In this document: positions 12,301 through 21,000 of the stretch, one piece after another | Numbering within the stretch: position 1 is the stretch's first letter | Layout: each line of letters begins with the position of its first letter | Origin: Phoronis australis | Lineage: Eukaryota > Animalia > Phoronida | Direction of reading: 5' to 3' | Assembly (NCBI GenBank): GCA_002633005.1 | Contig: NMRA01000013.1 | Span: 1,427,944 to 1,491,943 of the forward strand | Length of the DNA stretch: 64,000 nt | Translations under genes and position numbers: made by a program | The notes under the pieces: generated by a model | Told to the model about the DNA's origin: nothing | Database searches by the model: none | The model's input: the letters and a program-made list of their open reading frames with translations, nothing else

Positions 12301-14705
12301 GTTACATCGATGGTCTCCCTCTATGCGCATAAGGTATTTATAATCATGTGACTGATGTTTTAATAGGTGTGAAGCTTTCGGCGTATGAAACACCTACAGG
12401 TGCTACACCGCCTCTATTGAGCCAGCCAGAGACGGTGGTCCCTATCTAATGTCGCACTAGACAGTGACTACTGGTGCCAGTAGAGACTGGAGCTCCTATA
12501 GGAGCTTCAGACATCGGAAGCTTTTCGGCGACTTATGCCTCGCACTGTCTAAAACATCAAAGTCATGTTGTTATAAATACCTTTTGCACATGGACGGACA
12601 CCTTAGGAGGTTGTGAATGTATTTATTCCTTCCAACTCCAACAAATGTTCCTATTATCAAACTTTTTCTTCAAGCAGCCCCTCAGTTGGCCGGTTAGGGC
12701 TACAATACTTCCCATTGCTTTCTGCACTAATTTTGTCCCGTGTATATTAAACGGGCGGTAGGCGAAATCCGTTCACCGATTAAGAGTTCTCAGATCGTCA
12801 AAAATACATTCTACACTTACAACTATCTTTTAAAAAGGAGCTTACTTTCTTCAGTGATCGTTTCTGCTTCTACACATCTCCGATGAAGCATAGCTATGAG
12901 AATTGAGGTGACTTTGGACAAGAATTCCAACTCCACTTTTTTGGTCACCATTAACTTTTTCACCATGCGTGTGATAACCACAAAATAATTGAACTGAGTC
13001 ACACGAATTAGGCAAAGGTTAGCGCAAGACTGAATGAAGAGCATGACGTGACGCGTGACACTTGCAAAAGAGCATGGGAAGATATCAGGTGAAATTTGAT
13101 GATTTGTGTCCTTTGGACTTTTTCTTCGTCAACAGGTGTAATTTCACGGAACTTCCTCAAAATGGCACCCGGTCAGCAAAACTCGAGCAAACAGCGACAG
13201 ATTTTAATGGATATGTTCAAGTTATGTTTCACTAAATTGTATCCTGAGTCGTGGTATGTGTTAATTATAACTCAACATTATATATACATGTTTTATATGA
13301 TTTTATTTCTGTATCTTGATATGAGTAATTTTTTATGCGGATGTACTATCGCCCCTGTATGCCTGCAGCATTCAGCCTTGCAGGGCGATGCAATTACCCA
13401 TCACTCGTTCAGTTTCCAAAATCAGTAACTCACCCTTTTTAACACTGCGCATGACAGGTGGTATGTCATATCCCCTGGCGTGTGCAGGGTGAAAATGGCG
13501 AGTTACCAATTTTGGGAACTGAATGAGGGACTGCTCGAAGAAAAAGTTCGATAACGGGGGTTTGTCAGGACTTTGTTTGAGTTGGAAGCAATTAAATACA
13601 TCTAAGGTGTCCCTCTATGCGCAATTGGCATGACTTTGATGTTTTAATCACTGTGAGGATAGGGACGTGACAAAAAAATTCAAATTCTTATTTAATATTT
13701 AAAAATGCATTGATTTAAAAAAACATCCAAAACAGATTCAAACAAAAAAAAAATTAACAAATTCCGTTGAGCCGTTGACTTTTTATGAACGTTTGAAGAG
13801 CGATAATTAGCCCTTTATTTTAGTCCACTGAATACATGTAAATGAATGGGTGTATATGTGACCCAAAATTAGTTTTTTCACAATAACTTCCTCAATACTT
13901 TTAATAACAACGTGAAAATTTCAGGATATGACATTTACTTAGTGAGAGACATTTTTAAGACAACAAAAAATTCCAAATTCCAAAATGGCGGACAATATGG
14001 CCACCATTACGACTGCAAAAACGTCTTATTTTACGTNCGATGCAATTACCCATCACTCGTTCAGTTTCCAAAATCAGTAACTCACCCTTTTTAACACTGC
14101 GCATGACAGGTGGTATGATGTCATATCCCCTGGCGTGCGCAGGGTGAAAATGGCGAGTTACCAATTTTGGGAACTGAATGAGGGACTGCTCGAAGAAAAA
14201 GTTCGATAACGGGGGTTTGTCAGGACTTTGTTTGAGTTGGAAGCAATTAAATACACCTAAGGTGTCCTTCTATGCGCAATTGGCATGACTTTGATGTTTT
14301 AATCACTGTGAGGCATAAATTGCCGAAAAGCTTCCGGCGTATGAAGCGTTTATAGGAGCTCCACTGATGGTCACTGTCTAAACTCTAGTCTAAGTCTAAT
14401 CACAGGCACCTTTAAGTAGCCCTCTACAATACAACATATCTTTATTATGTTATATTGTAGAGGGCTACTAAAAGGTGACTGTGGAGTGTGGTCTAATGTC
14501 GCGTGGTCGTCGTCGATCCATGACCACGTTTCCATCCATTTTGTTTTAGGGGTTTATAAATAAATCTGTATATTGTGGAGCTTTCGGCATGAAAAGTGTG
14601 TGAAAGCACTACGTGGGTTTTTAAAACATTGGTTTTTAGCTGGTACTGCCTAATTTGACAGTTTGAGCTAGCATTCATTTCAAACCTACCGTCTGCCACA
14701 GCCAT
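222..14705 (-). CDS. THOC7: THO complex subunit 7, exons 1-4 (3' exons lie beyond the left edge)
   Basis: Exons 14705-14690, 7590-7470, 1320-1193 and 308-222 splice in phase at GT-AG sites to MAVADDEIIRRRLLIEGDGGMDDRRIAGLLRSFIKWCNSDESSEDSIATYQKMVAQLAQCEQAMVKSSQVYRMNLHEQENYGDLNSKIEQRIKDAYEKINQCKAELQEAKRVRHNRQ. This matches THOC7 as recalled (human MGAVTDDEVIRKRLLIDGDG...SFIKWCNS...YQRML...QCE...MNLRE.ENY...AKRIRKNRQ). Confidence 0.93.
1193..1320 (-). CDS. THOC7: THOC7 coding exon 3
   Basis: 128 nt, ttccag|...|gtgaat; IATYQKMVAQLAQCEQAMVKSSQVYRMNLHEQENY. Confidence 0.92.
2340..6716 (+). mobile_element. Decayed non-LTR retrotransposon (L1/Tx1-like LINE), antisense within THOC7 intron 2
   Basis: ORF1 remnants at 2340-3066 (coiled coil, EQCGRRNCVVISGI, YVNENLT..R..L, CWTYDGRI). 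ORF2 remnants at ~4043-6716 have APE motifs (SLNCRGL, SRLDFF, SDH, WKFNNSLL) and RT motifs (RSRARWIEEGEKPSKYF, KSPGSD, NWRPI.LLN..YK, DFEKAFDS, RGCRQGDPLSP, QYADD, GGL). Many frameshifts and stops; 3' end truncated. Confidence 0.92.
5090..5166. mobile_element. 77-bp TTAA-flanked non-autonomous DNA transposon (Kolobok-like) inserted in LINE ORF2
   Basis: TTAA|AGGTG...CACCT|TTAA; removing it restores the frame NKLRGLMIRSRARW. Confidence 0.75.
7470..7590 (-). CDS. THOC7: THOC7 coding exon 2
   Basis: ttttgtag|AT GAA ATC ATA CGT CGC AGG...GAC AG|gtatgt; EIIRRRLLIEGDGGMDDRRIAGLLRSFIKWCNS. Confidence 0.93.
7600..8042. repeat. Minisatellite, about 10 imperfect copies of a 39-44 bp unit
   Basis: Unit GATAAACACATCATGAACTGGTGAAGTGTTGGTCTACAAGACAA repeated in tandem. 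Confidence 0.9.
8340..8660. repeat. Two diverged ~155-bp direct repeats rich in GAT/GAC, preceded by a small hairpin; probable repeat element continuing to ~9000
   Basis: CTTGGCGAAATTAA...GATGATGACGAA...AATCAATAAGAAA.AGGCTA occurs twice; hairpin CGCTCCGAGGAGCG at ~8341. Confidence 0.6.
11580..11710. mobile_element. Short palindromic MITE-like element
   Basis: TTGGAA.AGACGGGTCC...TTTCACTGAATAACG / CGTTATTCAGTGAAA...GGACCCGTC.TTCCAA arms are reverse complements. Confidence 0.7.
11903..12445. mobile_element. ~540-bp foldback (fully palindromic) element; partial copies at ~12455-12680, 13386-13658, 14038-14400 and ~62000-62270
   Basis: Arms pair around the centre GGTATGATGTCATACC (~12179-12194), e.g. 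GCTGGCTCAATAGAG / CTCTATTGAGCCAGC and TTCCTTCCAACTC / GAGTTGGAAGGAA. Confidence 0.8.
14401..14483. repeat. 83-bp near-perfect inverted repeat (hairpin)
   Basis: CACAGGCACCTTTAAGTAGCCCTCTACAATA ... TATTGTAGAGGGCTACTAAAAGGTGACTGTG. Confidence 0.85.
14690..14705 (-). CDS. THOC7: THOC7 coding exon 1 (16 nt, MAVAD)
   Basis: AAAAAATGGCTGTGGCAGACG|GTAGGT; phase 1 joins exon 2 to give DDEIIRRRLL. Confidence 0.8.
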
Positions 14706-14984
14706 TTTTCCAAATATGGGTCAGAAGGCTGCTGTGGATCATATAAAATACACAGAATCAAAAGGTCTAAACAGCTTTATTTGTATATCGAATAAAGTTT
14801 TATTTGCACGAAAAGGCGATTGTGATGGCTGATTTTTATTTCTAGAAAAACTTATTCATAAAAGTTTAGTATTTGTTATTGAAAATGCGACATGAAACTG
14901 ATCCGAGGCTACGGAAAACCCCGAACCTGACGTCAGATTCGACATAATTCGCCCTCCCAAAAGCAACAAGATCTTGGTAGAAAA
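14706..14984. promoter_or_regulatory. Bidirectional promoter and 5' UTR region shared by THOC7 and ATXN7
   Basis: 279 bp between divergent ATGs; CRE palindrome TGACGTCA at 14928-14935; YY1-like AAAATGGC overlaps both start codons. Confidence 0.75.
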
Positions 14985-15066
14985 ATGGCGACCCTGGACT
15001 GGAGTCCGTCGCTGTTTGAAGGCCAAAGTTGGACAGCATGGGAGGATAAAGTCAAATTGTCTCAAG
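14985..15066 (+). CDS. ATXN7: ATXN7 exon 1
   Basis: MATLDWSPSLFEGQSWTAWEDKVKLSQ, donor G|gtttgc. Confidence 0.85.
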
Positions 15067-18000
15067 GTTTGCTTCACAGAAGAGTCTTTTTGACGGCATA
15101 ACCAATTAGTGCCGTTCTTCATTCACGAACGGCTTCGTTACGACAACTTGAATACGCGGGTCATGAAAGAAGTTTTGCCTCACTTCTGTCTTGACTTTCG
15201 ATAATAGATTGGTCATGACGATTAATTTTTTTCTTGTACTTGTTTCAGGTGAAGATGTCCCTGACGGCCCAGAAAAAGAAAAGAAAGAAAGCAACATAAT
15301 GAAACTGAGGCAAAACGGTATTACCATAATTTTGTTGTCTAAAACAGTTTTATCTGCAGTGAAACAGTCCAGTTGTTTACAACCCATGCGATTTCTCCAT
15401 GCTTTCTTTGAAATTGACACTGACGCATTCTGAATCATCATTTGTATCTGTGTTAGATATATGTTTAGGATAGAATTATGGATACAATATATATAACTAT
15501 ATTTGTTTCATCCCATTTATATTTTGTCTTTGTCTTGTTATTAATTGCACGCAAGTTGTAAATTGTGCTGGTATATTGGCTTTGTTAGGTCTTTACTAAT
15601 TCAGTAATGTTGCGGGTTGCTTATTATTTCTCTATCATGTAATTAAGTGATAGTCATTTTAAATAGGGGCCTGTCTATTCAACTTTTACCTTTATGTTAT
15701 GTATTTTTATTACTGTGAAACAGTACAATGTAATCTGCTAACTTGTAAAAAGGTATTTTATACAGCTTAAACGGTTTTCTCGGTTTTTGAATGTGGGTCT
15801 CCACTCGTTTTTTGCACATGATATTTTCTAAGAGCCCAACAGCTGATTTTTTACTTGTGGAGGAAAAGATAAGAATTACCTTTACCTTTCACTGTCTTGC
15901 ACATTTTATGTTGTTGAATCTTTATTTTGTTATTCAAGCTAATATTTTTTATGAGTGCTAGACAACATTTAAACAATGCACTCTGTCTTTGCATACAAAA
16001 GTGAATGCACTGTATGTTGTGACATATTTTGACACGTCATTACAATTGCCCAGGATCTAGGTAAAAAATCTCTGCAGAAATAGGTCCTTCATTGTCATCA
16101 TCATAGTCATCACAGCATTCTGCTCCCTAATGGTGTTATTTTCCGTTTCCTTTCAGATAAGAGCCTTTTTGGCATTTGCCCTTCACGCGACGAGTGCTAT
16201 TTGGTCATTTGTGAAAAATGCGGACAAATAATCAAACCTCAGGCGTTAAAATGTCACATTGGTAGGTAGAAAACTTGTCATGGGTCTTCAATTTTGAAAG
16301 GGGGGGGGTGCAAGTGCAGTTGTCGTAAACCAGTCCAGATACTGTTTAAGTTGCAGTAAGCTACTCTATGTAGTCAAATTGCTATACCTAGAGTACAAAT
16401 TTGATTGGCAAAATACAGCACCTACAGTCCTCTTCAGCACTAAAAAACGTGTGACCTTCAAGGAAACTGGGGGACCAGCGTCAGCAGAAAATGAACAAGT
16501 GCATATTTTCTTAAAGTGGTCGATGTAGGGTTTTCAAACCACGAAGCCAAAGAAAATTGCATAACAGGTTCTTGTATGCACCAGATTCATTTTGAAACCT
16601 GTGCCTCGTTGATCTAAGGAAGAAAATGCCTGCCCACAAGTTTTGCAAAGTTCTTTCAAACCAAGTGGTTGAAACGGAATGTCACTTCAAAGATGAGTAT
16701 CATTGGCTCACCAAGAAATGCAGGTCTCTTATTATATTTTGCTCATGGAGATGAAGTGGGCAAAAAGTACGAACAGGTGCACACACGGTGTAGATAATTA
16801 CAGTAAGTGATAAAAGTGTTGACTTAGAAAGGTTCTTCTCTTTGAGTTTAAGATCCATTATTTATTATCTGCCTGCACTTTTTCAGAACAAAGACACAGC
16901 GGCAGTTTAGACAGCTCGAAGAAAGTCGTGGCAGCCGTGGACAACAAAAACTCTAGGACTATGAACTCAAAGCCAGTGATTAGTATTACAAAGACAACAC
17001 TGGCATCAGTGACTAATCCCACAGTATCCGTGCCAAAAACGGCTGCTACGGCTACAGTATCAAAGACATGTAATGCCCAGGAACTCTTGTCTTCAGCAAA
17101 ATTCATAGCCGCGGCGAGCTCGGCAGAAGCGCTGAAAAGAAAAGCACCGAGCCCCAAACCGAACTGTTCTGGTGCAGATTCTCGGCGACAGGCTACAGCA
17201 AAGTTGTCGCGGCTCAAAGCACAGCAGTCGCAACCCGTGTTGAATCTGGAGAAAGTGCGCGTGCCTTCGCCAAAAACACCGCCAGTTGCTGCTGACCCCC
17301 GCGTCCCTTCGCCCAAAATGCCGAGCGGTGGGTCGACTCCGCAAGGCAAGGAGCAGCATGCAGGTGTTGGAGTCAACGGTTTGGACGCACATGCAAAGTC
17401 TCTACAAAAAGTGCCGAAACAGATACCGTGTAAAGGTGTGCAGCCCATGTTTGTAATATTGCCCTGCGTAGTACTATCGTATTGTATATTGGTTGCTTCC
17501 TAAGTAAAGTGGACCACTGTACTAAAAATTCTAGTATGATGGTGCGCCTCATGGTAATCATGCCCAGATTTCTCACAAAATTTAGGGATATTCTTTGAGA
17601 ATACTATTCCACTAAAACAAGCTCTTTATGTTATAAAAATTTTAAATAAAAGCAAGGAGCTTATTTTAAAAATATTTTTGATAAAATTTGATAATGCATT
17701 ACATAATTTTAGATGTTGACATGTATTCAATTTGACATCAAACATATTGAGAAGTATTGGGAATGGCCTAAAAACTAGTGATGGAACTATACACATTTTC
17801 ATAAATTTGTATCATTTTAGAAGGAATTTAAATATTTTGGATTTTATTCTTATTTATCAAGGTAATTCATCTTTTCTCAAGTATAAGTAATTTACTTACG
17901 ACTTGTACCAACTGTAGCAACTTCAGCATGAAGCAATATTCAGCAATGTCATTTGAAGTTTTTCTTCAGGAAAATGAGAATCAATATTTTCTAGTGACAA

Positions 18001-21000
18001 CTGTGCTGCTTTATGAGCTCTCACCATGTCCGCTGTTGTACAAAATTGTTAAATATGATAAGGTTCCTAATAGTGAATGATCCTGCGGTATTTATTTGTT
18101 CAGTATCTCAAAAATGCTCTTTAAAAGATACAAATCAATCATGACTTTGTAAGACACCTAACGGTAAAACTTGGAACTAGCAATCAAATTGAAACCAGTC
18201 ATGGTGTATCGATACTGAAATTGGTTGGTCTTGCATCACAATTTGTACAATTATTAAAAACAGGCGTATTAATAGATGCACATATACAATAAGGCATATG
18301 CAACTGCTCCTGCAAGCGAAATTTTGGCACTTCAGCAAAACTTTTTTTGAAAAACATTATTTCGTATACAAGCGCAGAGGCCTAAATCTGTGCAAATAAA
18401 GAAAGTGTCTATCTAGTGTGGGAAATGTTGATTAGTGGTTTGAGTACCTTTATTATTAGAAAATTGGTCCAAGTTTTTTTGTACGGACACTTCTCATTGG
18501 GAAGTTGCTTAGACTTTTAGCTTTTTGTGCATGACTGCTGGTTTACTGTGAAGTTCGGCTGTTTTTCAGTAAACAATCCACACCGTCGGGTTTGCCAACA
18601 TCTCTTGTAACCCACCCAAATATCTCTTGTACTTCTTACAGCAAATTGGCGTGTTCATACTGGGCTCAAAAAGAATGTGACTGTCACGGGTTTTGTGTGG
18701 TTCAGTGAGGAGTCTTGTCTCGTTTTGAGTTCATTGGAAATGATTGTTCCTTTTCTTGAAATAACAATTGTGTTTTTTTTTTCTGTTCGGGTGCAGCTCT
18801 GGAATTCTGTTCCACTGTCTCTAATTTTGTCTTAGTTTGAAGTTGCATGTGTAGCCGCTGAAAGCGCACAAACTTTTGCAGTGCAATGTCTTGAAAAGCA
18901 GTGTCGTGGGTTGTCCTTATATAATTGCCTGCCTCCTGTTTCAGATCGAGAGTTTTCTCCCGACATCCACTGTGGCGTAAAGGTCTCTGACACCGGAGAA
19001 CAATGCACCCGGTCATTGACATGTAAAGTAGGTGTCTCTTCGAGAATGCAGTGTTAGGAATATAGTTTGTTGTGGAAGATAACCTTTAAATTTTAAGTCT
19101 GTGTTGAAATGGGAAGCAGTGTTTTTCATGCCAGCTGGCTAGTGAAAAGAAATTCGTGTAATAGTTGTTAAATTTGACATTTATGTCCAGTATTTTTTCC
19201 TATTACCAGTGAAAGCTGAACAAAAAGTGAATGAAATCCAGGTGTTGTAGCATTCAAGATATGCATATATGCTCATCAATTTGTCATCTGTTGCTTGCAG
19301 CGCCACCTGTTGTCGAAGCGCCGAGCCGTGTGCGGCCGCTCAAAGCCATTTGACCAGCTCCTGAACGAGCACCGAGAGAAGAAAGAGTTCCAGAAGCAGC
19401 TCAAACTCCAACAGGCCGCAGTTACGGCTGCTAGACAGTTGGGACAGTCTCAGGGATTCACACCGCTCAACAGGGCGGTGCAGATGGCGGCGACGTCGCC
19501 AGTGAATAGTGGTGGTGTCGTTGCCGTCACCAGCCCGTCAACAATGAAGCCCGTGAACAGAGCGATACATTCGCCGTATTATAGGTACTGGGTTCCTACC
19601 GATATTTGGGGACGAATAGAGTTCAGTTCTGAAATGTGTGAACTGGCTGAAGATCGAAACTAATTGTACTCATAAAATTGGTTTAGTTGTGAATTTTCAA
19701 GCTTTTTAAAACTCACTGTGTTTAATGTGCACCAAGTGTCTATTTGATCATTGATTAAGATACTGCCTGTGATGTGTTTCGTGATAACATAATAGTATAT
19801 ACTAAAATCATCTAGGCATCACATAATTGACATAAATTTCCCTTAACCCTTATACTGCGCTAGGCGAAGTCAGCCGACCTGCCAATTATCTTATTGCAAT
19901 GCGTTGGGTGTACTCAATCGCCTATGATAAGCTGCAGCTGGGAGGGTGCACTCACCCCAGGACACTTGTGATTTTCATTCAGAAATTATGAGAGCCCTGG
20001 AATGTTATTTAGAAATGTTAGCAAGTGCATTCCTTTGTTCACAGTTTCCTCTACATTATTCTGATTTAAAGTATGTGGCTGTGATTACTAGTTTGGGCGG
20101 CACTGGCAGGTTTATGTAAGTGTAGACACATAGTGTCATTATGTGGCTGGAACCAGATGAGAGAGGATGACAGTGGATCAGTTTACTTTCACTAAGACTA
20201 TGATGAAGATTTACGTATGGTAAAAATCTCCCTTAAACTTTGGACAACTTTTATGTTGGCTTCTTTTCTGTGAAAGTAACGTTTCCCATTCAAATTTTTA
20301 ATTTGAAATTGCAGGTCATTAGTCTGGGTGACCTTCATAATAGCCCAGTGTACAGTAGTAGTGTCCTGGGGTGAGTGCACTCACCTACAGCTGGCAGCTG
20401 CAGCTTATTGTCTATTGAATACACCCATCATGCTGTGTAGGATAATTGGCAAGTCGACTGACCTCTCCTAGTGCAGGATAAGGGTTAAAGAAAAATATTT
20501 CTTTCACCAGCCAAAAAAGTGGAATCTCTTTCACCATTTGTCTCTGCCTTTGACATGATTATTCGCTACATGGTTATCTGCACTGTTCTAGGGCTAACAG
20601 TCGCGAATTACCCAATCAATCACCCACTGCTCATCAGTCGGACACGTGGAGTAGAGTTGATGAACCCTTCATTCCAGACTTCACACCAGCCCCTGCAGCT
20701 GTGAGTTTAGATTATTTTACCATTTCTCGTCACTAGCCATCAATTTCTGTAAAAATCAATAATCGTCCATGGTATAATTTCGAGGCTTATAAGTAGGTGG
20801 CTAAGGTTTATAGATTGTTCTTAGAAGCGTGTAATCACTCAATGAGTGATAAGTTTTTTAAACTTCAAAATTGAATGAATGCTGTTTAAAAAAAGTGTGG
20901 TATGAATGCCATTAAAAAAATCCCTCTGTGAAAGTTTAAGAATTAGGTAATGTTGTGAAGTAAGTAAAACACTTGTTGAAGAAATTTTGATATCTGTTAA

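Noticed and set aside
16858-17448. 196-aa minus-strand ORF
   Set aside because: Antisense shadow of ATXN7 exon 4 with no motifs; the same applies to the ORFs opposite KDM5 exons
19385-19420. Gln-rich patch in ATXN7 exon 6 (QKQLKLQQ) as a polyQ equivalent
   Set aside because: Not a homopolymer or CAG run, and not in the position of the SCA7 tract
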